A stretch of 64,000 bases of DNA from an uncultured Actinomycetota bacterium (GCA_963701105.1 OY969565.1:1101086-1165085), one strand, 5' to 3'. Positions 48,355-58,492 are shown, numbered from the stretch's first letter. The notes: generated from the sequence alone by a model not told the origin. Made by a program: numbers and translations.

Positions 48355-51162
48355 TCACTTCAACAACAACATCTTCTTCGTCTGCACAAATGCACCTGCT
48401 CTTAACTGATAGAAATAAACTCCACTTGGTAATGTTGATGCAGTCCACGTTAACTCATAAGTGCCTAATGGTTTTTCTTCGTTAATCAGTGTTTCTATTT
48501 CGTTGCCAAGTATGTCAAATACCTTTATAAGTACGTTTGATGATTGTGGAACGGAATACATTATTTTAGTGCTTGGGTTGAAGGGATTTGGATAGTTTTG
48601 TTCAAGCGCAAATTCTGTAGGAGCATTTTCGTCATCAGCAATATTATCTGGTTTCTGAAAGAAGAATTCTAATGCATTATCCAAATGTGCACGCCAGCTT
48701 CCCCAACTATGTGCCTCGTGCCATTCATTCCAAGCCAGATCGTATCCTATATTTATTAATCCGTCCCTCATTGGAACCGCATTTACCAAAATCGTCCATT
48801 CATAAGTTCCCCAATCCAAATACCATTTAATATCTTTTTGTGGTCCATTAAGTACAAGATTAAATACTTCCATATTCTTAGCCCAATATGAAGGTGAGTA
48901 AGGTGCACATAGACCGAATTCTTCCGAGTGATTATAGCATATTTGAGTTGTAATAAGTCCTCCATATGATAAACCACCCATTGCTCGTTTATGTGGATCT
49001 GTCATTGTTCTATAGGTAGAGTCTATATGTGGCATGAGTTCATCAATAATGAATGATTCAAATTGCTGCGTTAGATTTAATGCATATTCGTTATCCCTAT
49101 CAACCGGTGGAACAAACACACAAATGATTGGATCAATTTTACTTAAAGCAATTAAATAATCCAGAATATTATTTGCAGTGGCTATATTTAAATAATCAAG
49201 ACCATCGTGAAGAAGTAGTACAGGGAAATGATCCGTACTCTGCGATTCGTAATTAAAAGGAATATAAATTTTAATAGTTCGTGTATTACCAAGTATTGTA
49301 CTTGTAAACTCAAATGAATCTATCGTTCCATGAGGAATATTAGGATAATATTCTACTTCAGGCGGTTGAACATAGTCAGGCATTGCAAGTTCCGAATTCG
49401 GTCCATATCCACCAGGTACCAAATTAGGATTAAGTGGATCTAGTATCCATTCATTTCCGTTTAGATAATATTTATAATCCAGCCTGGCATCTGATTCATA
49501 AACAGCTTCATGATACCAGAAGGTGGTACCCACGAGTTTTGTCATAGGAGAAGACATTGTTGCCCATTCATTTGCATCTCCCGGTACATTTACACTCGAA
49601 GCAGCACCCTGATAAATATAATAAACAATTGTGTTCTCCTCGATAATCGGAAAAGAAGATGAAGCATTCATAAAGCTGTCAATTATAGTTTGCTTTTCAT
49701 TTGAGGGTACCGAATTTACACGATTAACAAATGCTCTGAATTTTGGTCCCAGTAATTCATTTTGAAATTGTGCATTAGGATCACCACCATAGGCGCCCAT
49801 ATCCACCCTTATTTGACCCAATCCCCAATTACAATCAAGGAACCAATCTGTGATAGCTGGATTTCCGGCATCGATACATGGAGAATTTAAGCCATTCCCA
49901 CAATCAGTCGACATAAGGTGAAAATCATTATTTAAAGTATCTCTGAATAAAGGATCCAAATCAATATTTCCTATTCCGGAAAAACCACCTTCAATATCAC
50001 AATAATGAACACTTGCATTGCCATAAATCTCTGATCCTGATGTGTTTGTGTTTTTCCAAAGCACTGAATTTTCTACATCAATAGAACTACTTCCTGAATA
50101 AATAGCTCCACCTTGTCCATTTGTTGCCAGATTGGAGGATATTGTATTATTCAAAAGATTTGGCGATTGTGCTGTTAGACAGCTAATGCCACCTCCTGAT
50201 GTTGCAGTATTTCTGATAATGATATTGTTTCTAATTAACTGATTGCTTCCATTACTCAAGTTAATTCCTCCCCCAAATGATCCACTGGAACCTTGAACAA
50301 GGTTATCCATCACTGTATTGTTACTGAACAAAAGTGGGGTATCCGATCCGAACGAATGGAAACCACCCCCATAACAAGGATAGGCAGTGCAATTAGGAGC
50401 CATCGCTTGATTACGCGCTATAAGATTACCAGATACAACAACATCAACAAATATTAAAGCAATACCACCTCCATTGCTGTTCCAATTGGCTCCGTTTGTT
50501 CTTGCAATGTTGTCAGTTATGGAATTGTTTATCAGACGTGTTTTCGAAAAAATGCCAACACCACCTGCCCCTGTCTGAAAAAAATCCGACAGGATATTAT
50601 TATGATTTATATCATTGTATTCTATAATAACTACCTTTGAGTTGTCACCGCCACAAGCAATTCCGCCTCCGTAGGCACCGTTGGCTGTTGTTTGGTGGAT
50701 AGTGTTATTTGTAATGATATTGTGACTGATGCGTGCCCCAGCACCTATATAAATACCACCACCTATTCTATCGTTAGTCCCATAAAAACCTTGATCGGTG
50801 ACGGTTCCTGTCCCACCTCTAATTGTGAAACCGCATAGAACTGAATTAGTGTCCTCACCTGCAATAAAACTCACAACAGATCCACTATCAGGATTTACAG
50901 GCTGACTTCCGTCAATTATGGTCTGTGATATGTGTGTCTCTATTCCATCAACCAGATAATAGCTGGCAACGGTTATTGCTTTCCCTTTAAAAGTTATGTT
51001 CTCGTAGTATGTATTTTCAGACACAAGAATAATGTCTCCATTGGTCGATGCATCAATTGCAGCCTGAATGGTTGTGTAATCTTCTGGAACTTTTATTGTA
51101 TCCTGTGCAAATGAAAGAATTGAACACAAAAGAAAAACAAAAAATGTTAATAACTTTTTCAT
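48355..51162 (-). CDS. Secreted multidomain protein: beta-helix + E-set/CBM48-like + Fes-like alpha/beta-hydrolase + T9SS CTD
   Basis: KVPEDYTTIQAAID; GGGI repeats; DPLF..DFHL...SPCIDAG..DMGAYGG; ARLDYKY...DPLNP; LLLHDG, GLSYGG nucleophile elbow, HEAHSW; NYPNPFNP. Confidence 0.82.
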   Translation of the reverse strand: MKKLLTFFVFLLCSILSFAQDTIKVPEDYTTIQAAIDASTNGDIILVSENTYYENITFKGKAITVASYYLVDGIETHISQTIIDGSQPVNPDSGSVVSFIAGEDTNSVLCGFTIRGGTGTVTDQGFYGTNDRIGGGIYIGAGARISHNIITNNTIHQTTANGAYGGGIACGGDNSKVVIIEYNDINHNNILSDFFQTGAGGVGIFSKTRLINNSITDNIARTNGANWNSNGGGIALIFVDVVVSGNLIARNQAMAPNCTAYPCYGGGFHSFGSDTPLLFSNNTVMDNLVQGSSGSFGGGINLSNGSNQLIRNNIIIRNTATSGGGISCLTAQSPNLLNNTISSNLATNGQGGAIYSGSSSIDVENSVLWKNTNTSGSEIYGNASVHYCDIEGGFSGIGNIDLDPLFRDTLNNDFHLMSTDCGNGLNSPCIDAGNPAITDWFLDCNWGLGQIRVDMGAYGGDPNAQFQNELLGPKFRAFVNRVNSVPSNEKQTIIDSFMNASSSFPIIEENTIVYYIYQGAASSVNVPGDANEWATMSSPMTKLVGTTFWYHEAVYESDARLDYKYYLNGNEWILDPLNPNLVPGGYGPNSELAMPDYVQPPEVEYYPNIPHGTIDSFEFTSTILGNTRTIKIYIPFNYESQSTDHFPVLLLHDGLDYLNIATANNILDYLIALSKIDPIICVFVPPVDRDNEYALNLTQQFESFIIDELMPHIDSTYRTMTDPHKRAMGGLSYGGLITTQICYNHSEEFGLCAPYSPSYWAKNMEVFNLVLNGPQKDIKWYLDWGTYEWTILVNAVPMRDGLINIGYDLAWNEWHEAHSWGSWRAHLDNALEFFFQKPDNIADDENAPTEFALEQNYPNPFNPSTKIMYSVPQSSNVLIKVFDILGNEIETLINEEKPLGTYELTWTASTLPSGVYFYQLRAGAFVQTKKMLLLK

Positions 51163-51259
51163 TACTCCTCCTAGTTATGGATGATTAAATTTTTACCTCT
51201 CCCAAATTCTCTCTCCTTCCTTGGTTTCATTCAGGATAAAGGAATGCGAAACAGTCTGT

Positions 51260-51289
51260 CTGCCCTGCCAATCGGAAGGCAGGCGGCAG
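51260..51289. repeat. Doubled CTGCC..GGCAG hairpin element
   Basis: CTGC-CCTGCC-AATCGGAA-GGCAGG-C-GGCAG. Confidence 0.6.
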
Positions 51290-51336
51290 GCTGGGTTGAG
51301 GTTGTTTTTTATTTTAACAGCAATATCTTTGTTGAT

Positions 51337-51906
51337 TTATTTTATAGTTTTCAAAATTTTATTCATCTTAAAATTTCTTAAACACCAACCAAGTGCCCAG
51401 CCCTCATTTTCATTAGTATAATATTCAGCGCATTGCTGGGGTTTATTCGCAATCGAAGTAATATCTTCATTTGTAATACATATTAAAATTTTTGATGTAA
51501 CAGTGTTCAGAAATTCAGATGCTGTTTTATAATCGACATTTGGATCTTCCAGGTAAACACGGCAAAAATGCTCCTGCATTTGTTGTGAGTACGGGAGCCA
51601 GGTATTACCGCCATCTTTAGTCTGCATTGCTGAACAATAAATTTCCGATGACCAGAAAAAGTCATTATTCACAGGCATTGAAATTATTGTATTCGTTTCT
51701 TTCAAATTCCAGGTATTACCTGCATTGGTGCTGACAAAAAGTTCATTACTCTTAGAAACAGCAAATCCTTCTTGCTGTGTTGTAAAAAAAATGGAATAAA
51801 TTCTTATTCCCTCCGTAGGTGCATCTTTCCAATAATCATTTGTCTGTGTAAGGTAATTTGTTTGTAAAAAAATCAATATTAGTATCATCATATAACTAGT
51901 TTTCAT
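51337..51906 (-). CDS. Exported hypothetical protein with two Asp-box (YCF48-like) motifs
   Basis: ATG at 51906 with a GAGGTG RBS; signal-like N-terminus; STNAGNTW and TKDGGNTW. Confidence 0.65.
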   Translation of the reverse strand: MKTSYMMILILIFLQTNYLTQTNDYWKDAPTEGIRIYSIFFTTQQEGFAVSKSNELFVSTNAGNTWNLKETNTIISMPVNNDFFWSSEIYCSAMQTKDGGNTWLPYSQQMQEHFCRVYLEDPNVDYKTASEFLNTVTSKILICITNEDITSIANKPQQCAEYYTNENEGWALGWCLRNFKMNKILKTIK

Positions 51907-51932
51907 TTCACACCTCACATAAATTTTAATCC

Positions 51933-51957
51933 GGGCGGGTCTTAGGCCCACCCTAAC
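51933..51957 (-). repeat. Degenerate GT(T)AG-REP-like hairpin
   Basis: Minus strand GTTA-GGGTGGGC-CTAAG-ACCCGCCC. Confidence 0.5.
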
Positions 51958-51980
51958 GTCCAGTATCTAATTTCCTCCTA

Positions 51981-53276
51981 CTATTTGAGAAGAATCATTT
52001 TCTTCGTACTTACAAACGAACCAGCTTTTAGTTGATAAAAATAAACTCCGCTTGGCAGTTGCTCTGCATACCAGGTAATTTCATAAATGCCAGTTGGTTT
52101 TTCTTCGTTGACTAATGTTTCTATTTCATTTCCTAAAACATCAAATACTTTTATAATTACTTTAGATGATTTTGGAACTGAATATTTTATTTTTGTACTT
52201 GGGTTAAATGGATTTGGGAAATTTTGTTCTAAGTAAAATTTTTGTGGCAAGCTAACTTCATCTCCTTCGACAGATGATGGAATCTTATCAGAAGTGGCAT
52301 ATCCAATGCCATATGGCCCAGTACTGGTTTGACTACTGTACCACATTTTATAAAGATTGCTATCTGAATCTTCAATAACAGATGGAAAACCTACAAAATT
52401 GTTCTCCCAACTCCCTGGGGTTACATCTATCAGAATTGAAGTGTCTTTTGTCCACGGCCCGCTAAAAGTTGATGAAGTTGCATAACCTATACGCCAGTTA
52501 TATTGAGCCCCACCCGAATAAAACAGATAGTACTTAGCTGTATTGGAATTAAACACAACACTGCCTGGTTGAACTCTTGGATAATCCCATCTTCCAGGTT
52601 GCCCATAAAGAAGTATAGGGTCTGGTGATTTCGTCCAACTAGTATCATTAGGTGAAGTTGCATATCCTCCCTGAAAGTGTAATCCATCATAGCCATTGTA
52701 TATCATTTCAAATGTTGTCCCATTAAAAAATATTGGACCGGGACCAATGCCTGCATTATCCCAGATGGAAGGTCCTGGATTCATGACAGGATTTGTAGGA
52801 TTTTTATCCCAGATAATTCCATCAGAAGAAGTTGCATAACCCACACGATCCGTGGTGCCCTCATTTCCAATATACCATATATGATAAGTTGAACCATCAA
52901 AATATATTGATTGCGCATAAACCCAGTTATTCTCCCATGCTCCTGGCCCCAGGTTTACAACAGGATCACTTTCAGCATATGGCGGATTGGTGGTGGAAGG
53001 ATCATCATATTTTGTCCAATTAATTCCGTCCGGAGAAGTTGCATAACCGATACGAAAATGTAATCCATCCCATCCACTATACCACATTTTGTATGCATTG
53101 CCATCATAAATTACAGAAGAAAGAGCTACACCTTCACCATCCCATTCCCCAGATGAACCCGGTGTTAAAACAGGGTTTCCTGAATATTTGGTCCATAATG
53201 TTTGTGCCGTTAAAACACCATTGCTTAAACATAGAATTGAGAATAACAATAAAAGTTTAAATGTAAATGTTTTCAT
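51981..53276 (-). CDS. Secreted five-bladed beta-propeller glycoside-hydrolase-like protein (GH32/43/130 fold group) with T9SS CTD
   Basis: Repeated W(T/D)K..NPV..PG...WD...YKMWYSG....RIGYATS.DG units; EQNFPNPFNP tail. Confidence 0.75.
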   Translation of the reverse strand: MKTFTFKLLLLFSILCLSNGVLTAQTLWTKYSGNPVLTPGSSGEWDGEGVALSSVIYDGNAYKMWYSGWDGLHFRIGYATSPDGINWTKYDDPSTTNPPYAESDPVVNLGPGAWENNWVYAQSIYFDGSTYHIWYIGNEGTTDRVGYATSSDGIIWDKNPTNPVMNPGPSIWDNAGIGPGPIFFNGTTFEMIYNGYDGLHFQGGYATSPNDTSWTKSPDPILLYGQPGRWDYPRVQPGSVVFNSNTAKYYLFYSGGAQYNWRIGYATSSTFSGPWTKDTSILIDVTPGSWENNFVGFPSVIEDSDSNLYKMWYSSQTSTGPYGIGYATSDKIPSSVEGDEVSLPQKFYLEQNFPNPFNPSTKIKYSVPKSSKVIIKVFDVLGNEIETLVNEEKPTGIYEITWYAEQLPSGVYFYQLKAGSFVSTKKMILLK

Positions 53277-53391
53277 AAGAACCTCCCGTTGATTATCTAA
53301 TTGTTTTAGTGACTGTTCATTCCAGCATGATTACAGAATTATTGAAAACTCTAAATGCATTTTATTTTTAGGTTTGAACAAATTTTGTCAA

Positions 53392-53496
53392 TGTCATTTC
53401 GATCCCGAAGTAATCGGGAAGAGAAATCTTAATGCTTAAAAAGATTCCCCGATCAAACAATTGCCTGATGGCAAGGCAGGCTAAACCGAAATTACA
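53392..53496. mobile_element. MITE/REP-like element copy 3 with two nested small palindromes
   Basis: TGTCATTTCGA[TCCCGAAGTAATCGGGA]AGAGAAATCT...AAGATTCCCCGATCAAACAA[TTGCCT-GATGGCA-AGGCAGG]CTAAACCGAAATTACA. Confidence 0.6.
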
Positions 53497-53532
53497 TCGT
53501 CGAACTTTTTGGTAAACCTCCGGCTTTATCTT

Positions 53533-54765
53533 TTATTTCAACAAAATCATTTTCCTTGTTTCAATAAAACTTCCTGCCTTTACCTGGTACAAATACACAC
53601 CACTCGGTAAATCCACGGCATTGAAATCAATTGAATAATTCCCCGGTTCTTTTTGTTCATTAAGAATTGTTTTTACAGTTTCTCCGATGCTGTTAAATAT
53701 GTCTATCCGTACATTGGAGTTTTCTTCAACTCCAAATTTTATTGTGGTTGCAGGATTAAAAGGATTAGGATAATTCTGATCGAGGTAAAAAGTATAAACA
53801 GATTTAACTTCAACATTAACTTCGTCCGAGTAATTAAATGCTCCGTTGAGATCAATTTGTTTCAACCTGTAAGTATATTTTCCCTCCGGCACTTCTTTAT
53901 TTGTAAATGAATATTGATGTTGATCAGTAGTAGTCCCATTCCCTTCTACAAATCCAATAACTTCCCACACCGACTTCTGATCTCTAGCCTCCGACCTCTG
54001 AACCTCAAATCCTTTATTATTAGTTTCTGTTGCTGTTGACCAGTTTAATAATACCTCATTTTCAATCGCTACAGCAGTGAATGAAGTTAACTCAACAGGA
54101 ATAATATCTCCATTAATTCTGAAACAATTATCGGGCTCTGTACCCACACTGCAATCTGTTAAACGGTATCCCCACGATGGAGTACAGAGAGTTCCAAATC
54201 CTCCTCCGGGATTCATCCATGCGGATTCACTGAAAGACTGTACCGTCCTCCCTGTCCAACCCCACTGTCCGGAGGAGTAATCCATATTAGCCTGTACACA
54301 AAGCCAATACCATCCTTCAGTTAATACAACAGGATTTGGCAGATCAATTGTAAATGAACCATCTGCTAATCCAGCAGACGGAACAATATCTAAAGCAGTA
54401 TAAATAATGTTCTGAGGTAAACCGCCGAGACCATCTGAAGAGTATATCCAGACATTTACCGATGCAGCAGGACCTGATCCGTTATAATATGCGCCCGCAA
54501 CTTCTACTGACCCGATTGACCAGATATCATCCATCAATGCAAAATCAGCAGCAGCAAAACTATCGAATATATCATTAGCGGCTTCGAAATTTTGGGAAGT
54601 AATAGAATTTGTACCGGGATTATCCATTTGATCATAAAGCACACTCCGGGCGGGACCTGAAACTATTCCTGTTTCCGGAAAGGTTAATGTAGGGTTCTCT
54701 TGTCCCTGCAAAATATTCGGCAACAAAGATGAAAGTAGAAATGTTACTATGTAAAGCCTTTTCAT
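53533..54765 (-). CDS. Secreted protein with PVELTSF domain and T9SS CTD
   Basis: ATG after CAGGAGG; signal peptide; LYDQMDN...AADF domain; IPVELTSF...DQNYPNPFNP...RKMILLK. Confidence 0.8.
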   Translation of the reverse strand: MKRLYIVTFLLSSLLPNILQGQENPTLTFPETGIVSGPARSVLYDQMDNPGTNSITSQNFEAANDIFDSFAAADFALMDDIWSIGSVEVAGAYYNGSGPAASVNVWIYSSDGLGGLPQNIIYTALDIVPSAGLADGSFTIDLPNPVVLTEGWYWLCVQANMDYSSGQWGWTGRTVQSFSESAWMNPGGGFGTLCTPSWGYRLTDCSVGTEPDNCFRINGDIIPVELTSFTAVAIENEVLLNWSTATETNNKGFEVQRSEARDQKSVWEVIGFVEGNGTTTDQHQYSFTNKEVPEGKYTYRLKQIDLNGAFNYSDEVNVEVKSVYTFYLDQNYPNPFNPATTIKFGVEENSNVRIDIFNSIGETVKTILNEQKEPGNYSIDFNAVDLPSGVYLYQVKAGSFIETRKMILLK

Positions 54766-54865
54766 TTTACCCTCCTGGTTAATTGTTTGTAAGCTGTGGT
54801 TCAAAAATTAATTGTAAATTATGGATTGTTCTAACATTTGGTATGGAAATGGTCTTTGCGTATTA

Positions 54866-56170
54866 TTAAAACATAATTCCAATACTCAGCACAAAATATG
54901 AAAATGACTGTTTTCTGCTATCACTATACTTTTCAGAATCCGTTGAACCTTGGTAGGATAAAATTAAGGTCTCATCGTATTTGAGTTCAGGTTTCCCCAG
55001 GTTTAAGTATTTTGCAGAAATAATAATAAGATTGTTTATTATTAATCCTCCCCCCAAACCAAATCCGAAGGAGGTGGTGCTCTTATATTCATCTTTGATT
55101 TCACCCGAGAGCAGGTAACCATCTGTAGTCATACCGCTGATTTTATCTGTCTCGTTTCCTACTTTGATAATCGAAAAATTTATCTGCCCGGTGAATATAA
55201 AATCTAAATCCGGGGATATTTCACTGGTATAACTCAATCCCGTCATTATGGGGATCAAAGTGTAACCGCCGACTTCTTTGGATACATCAAATCCTAAAGA
55301 CTGGAGAATATTTTCATTAATATCAGAATTGTTCCCGTTATACAGGAGTCCGGCACTGGTAACCCAACCTAATCCCGATGAACTGACTGGATAGTTTAAT
55401 TCCGCAAAGCCGCCAAATCCTAGAGATGCATAACCATCCCCATCATTTCCCTTATCAGCAGCCAAATCACCGATTGGTACGGGTAATATTCCAATTATTG
55501 AAAATTTTAACCCTTTTGAAGCGATGATAAATTTTACAGAGTTTGAAATCTTGCCGTCAAGAATTGGACTAAAAACAGAGATATAATATTCCCCATCCCG
55601 GGAAAGATCGGCAGGTGTAAGCTCGGCTTCCAATTCGTTTGCTCCTATATAGATAGTTTTCTTATCAATATTATTCATTCGTACGGATGAACCATAAACA
55701 AAATTTTTTCCACTAATTTTTAAGGTGACCTTTTCGTAATTAGAATAGACATTATTTGGAGAAACACTATATATTTCAGGAAGAAGATTTTGGGAAATAT
55801 CATCAATAATTTTTTTTAACTGAGGTGGATCCTTTTCTATGTCTACTCTATATTTCGGCACCATAATTAATAGATTTTTTACAGCTTCATTAGCGTCCTT
55901 TTCAAGTTCTTCAGCAATATAAACTAGTCCTAGTAGCCTGTATGCTCTTCCTTTTTCAGCTTCAGTTAATTCATTTGATTTCAGGCAGGGCTTTATAAGA
56001 TCAACCGCTTCAGAAAAATTACCTGCCTGGTATTCTCCTTCAGCCTTTATCAGCTTCGCGGCACAATCCTCCGATTGAGAAAATGTGAATGATCCGTAAT
56101 CCGGACATAATACCGGTAGTAATAATGCAACCATCAGGCAAGTCTTTAAACTTAATTTTTCATTTAACAT
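54866..56170 (-). CDS. Outer-membrane protein: TPR-like helical N-domain + IPT/TIG Ig domain + beta-barrel
   Basis: AEGEYQAGNFSEAVDLIKPCL...AYRLLGLVYIA...DPP; PEIYSVSPN...LKISGKNFVYGSSV; amphipathic strands ending SIGIMF. Confidence 0.72.
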   Translation of the reverse strand: MLNEKLSLKTCLMVALLLPVLCPDYGSFTFSQSEDCAAKLIKAEGEYQAGNFSEAVDLIKPCLKSNELTEAEKGRAYRLLGLVYIAEELEKDANEAVKNLLIMVPKYRVDIEKDPPQLKKIIDDISQNLLPEIYSVSPNNVYSNYEKVTLKISGKNFVYGSSVRMNNIDKKTIYIGANELEAELTPADLSRDGEYYISVFSPILDGKISNSVKFIIASKGLKFSIIGILPVPIGDLAADKGNDGDGYASLGFGGFAELNYPVSSSGLGWVTSAGLLYNGNNSDINENILQSLGFDVSKEVGGYTLIPIMTGLSYTSEISPDLDFIFTGQINFSIIKVGNETDKISGMTTDGYLLSGEIKDEYKSTTSFGFGLGGGLIINNLIIISAKYLNLGKPELKYDETLILSYQGSTDSEKYSDSRKQSFSYFVLSIGIMF

Positions 56171-56283
56171 TTTTTTCCTCTTTGATTTAATTTGCCATAG
56201 GACAGAATTTCATTTTTCAATTTTTCGGGAACCCCTGGTATTGTATTGTTAACACATTATGCTGCTATTAGGGAGTGTAAATA

Positions 56284-58392
56284 TCATTCAATCTTTTTTA
56301 GCTCAAATGTAATCTTTCGATCTTCTCCTTCATAAATATCATAATCAATTGTAATTTCTTTCACTTCGGAAGGATAATAACCATTTTTCTTAACCTGTAT
56401 CGTGTATTTCCCTGGCTTAACTGAATATTCTGCCGGTGTAGTTCTACCGGTTGATCTTTCGTTTATAAATATCTCTGCTATTGTTGGTTTGGAAATAATC
56501 TTCAATTTTCCTTTGCCAAAATCAATATTGAACTTTTGAAGAGTCTCATTATTAATTTCAATTTTTTTTATCCACTCACCTAAGGATTCGTTAACTACTC
56601 TTAAAATATGTTTACCCCCAGAAATTTTAACTTGATACGGTGCAAATGCGTTTTTTACTTTTAATTGGCCATCAACATATATGTCCCCGGAAGGTCTGAC
56701 TAATAATTCAACCTGTCCAACTAACGTTATCAACTCCGGGGATATATTTATTGGTTTGTCAACTTCAATTTTTATTTTTTCGTTATACGGTTGGAACCCT
56801 GTTTTCCTGACAGTAATATTGTGTTCACCAAGACTCATTTTATCGCTTGTATATTTACCTGTCCCAACCAACTTATCATCAACAATGATCTCAGCATCTT
56901 CCGGTTCAGCAAAGATTGTAAGTTTCCCCAAGTGGGAAAGATTTATAGTAGGCACTGTAGTTGTCTTGTTTCGTGAAATCACGACAGATTGTTTGTAATC
57001 ACTAAAACCAGACCTATGAATCAGAATCCTATGAGTGCCTGTTGGTATCTCTGACTTTTCAAGAGGTGTTTTACCTAAGTTTTCTCCGTTAAACCAAACT
57101 TCTGCTCCAGCAGGGTTTGATGAAATATTTAAACCGCCTGAATCCATTGTCTTAGAATTTGAGTTAACAGTGGAATTTACATTTGGCATCAGGCTGAAAG
57201 CTAAGTTTAATGTCTTTCCAAATTCCGTTCTTATCAGCGTATCAATTGTGTCAAATCCTTGTTTACTTATTAATAGATTAATGTCTCCCTCTTTATCAAG
57301 TACAAATTGATCAAGCGGAGAATTTCCGATCACCTTCTTATCAATTGTTAATTTAGCTCCGGGAGGATTAGTCGATAACGAAAGAAAGGACTTTAACTTA
57401 TTGTTACCAATCGGAACAATAAGCAACAGGTAAACCAGGGCAAGTCCCAACAATAAAATAAAAGAGGATATAATGAATGCCGGCTTTCTAAGGAAAGATT
57501 CCTTTTGAACTTTTTCCGTCTCTGAGTGGACAATGACGGTTTTTTCTTCATCGACAAGGTTTGCCTCGAATTTCTGCACTGCCTCCAGCATTTCTTCAGC
57601 TGATTGATATCTTTTTTCTGGATCCTTAGCTATAGATTTCAGGATTATTTTAATTAGTTTTTTAGGTACATCAGGACAGAACGTTAGAGGGGAAGGAATT
57701 TCTCCGTCGACTATTTTCCTTTGAATCGTGAAGTCGGAATCTGTTTTTTCGAACGGTACCCTGCCTACTATCAATTCATATATTGTCATACCTAAAGAAT
57801 ATATATCACCTCTTTTGTCCACATTTTTTAATCCTTTAACTTGCTCAGGGGACATATAATATAGAGTTCCTGCTCTTGCCTGGGTTACAGTTGCGCCGCT
57901 TTCATGCTCCTTTATCAATTTGGCAAGTCCGAAATCTGTAACTTTAGCTGTTCCGTTATGACAGAGTAAAATATTGCTTGGTTTAATATCCCGGTGAATA
58001 ATATCAGCCTGATGTGCAAATCCTATAGCATTAAGAAGCTGTTTTGTTATATTGAGAACATCCTTCAGCTTTAATTTCCCCTTTTCCCTGATACATTGTG
58101 AGAGTGGTTTGGCATCGACATATTCCATCACCATAAAAAAATATGAACTGGTTTCTCTGAATGCATAAACGCTGACAATGTGAGGATTATCCAGCTTTGC
58201 AAGAGCTCTGGCTTCCGTCTTGAACCGACGGATAAATGTTTCATCTTTTGCAAGAACAGGGTCAATCATTTTTAAAGCCACTATTTTATCGAGGTTAGTA
58301 TCGAGTGCTTTAAATACAACTCCCATACCGCCGCGTCCGATAATTTCAAGAATTTTGTAGCTGTCGAGAATCTGACCTATTAATGATTCCAT
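56284..58392 (-). CDS. Hanks-type Ser/Thr protein kinase with TM and about 5 PEGA repeats
   Basis: Motifs GRGGMGVV, VALK, HRDIKPSN, DFG, GTLYYMSPEQ and DIYSLG; TM FIISSFILLLGLALVYLLLIV; repeats STNPPGAKL, SSNPAGAEVWFNG..GKTP and ISKPTIAEIFIN. Confidence 0.92.
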   Translation of the reverse strand: MESLIGQILDSYKILEIIGRGGMGVVFKALDTNLDKIVALKMIDPVLAKDETFIRRFKTEARALAKLDNPHIVSVYAFRETSSYFFMVMEYVDAKPLSQCIREKGKLKLKDVLNITKQLLNAIGFAHQADIIHRDIKPSNILLCHNGTAKVTDFGLAKLIKEHESGATVTQARAGTLYYMSPEQVKGLKNVDKRGDIYSLGMTIYELIVGRVPFEKTDSDFTIQRKIVDGEIPSPLTFCPDVPKKLIKIILKSIAKDPEKRYQSAEEMLEAVQKFEANLVDEEKTVIVHSETEKVQKESFLRKPAFIISSFILLLGLALVYLLLIVPIGNNKLKSFLSLSTNPPGAKLTIDKKVIGNSPLDQFVLDKEGDINLLISKQGFDTIDTLIRTEFGKTLNLAFSLMPNVNSTVNSNSKTMDSGGLNISSNPAGAEVWFNGENLGKTPLEKSEIPTGTHRILIHRSGFSDYKQSVVISRNKTTTVPTINLSHLGKLTIFAEPEDAEIIVDDKLVGTGKYTSDKMSLGEHNITVRKTGFQPYNEKIKIEVDKPINISPELITLVGQVELLVRPSGDIYVDGQLKVKNAFAPYQVKISGGKHILRVVNESLGEWIKKIEINNETLQKFNIDFGKGKLKIISKPTIAEIFINERSTGRTTPAEYSVKPGKYTIQVKKNGYYPSEVKEITIDYDIYEGEDRKITFELKKIE

Positions 58393-58492
58393 TTATCTCA
58401 CTCTGTTATTGTATTTGTTTTGATTCTCCGTATGATATTACTTGTCTACAATTTTAAGGTGTGGTAAAGAGGTTTAAACTCAGCATCATTTT

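Noticed and set aside
46338-53800. Nucleotide similarity among CTD-coding tails read as DGR template/variable repeats
   Set aside because: Differences involve all four bases and are mostly at third positions, as expected for ordinary paralogous domains.
46224-54765. Integron cassette array
   Set aside because: Junction palindromes are heterogeneous, lack clear RYYYAAC/GTTRRRY attC boxes, and no intI-like tyrosine recombinase is in the window.
54844-54860. Second sigma54-like site TGGAAATGGTCTTTGC
   Set aside because: GG-GC spacing is 11 rather than 10, and it points opposite to the local genes.
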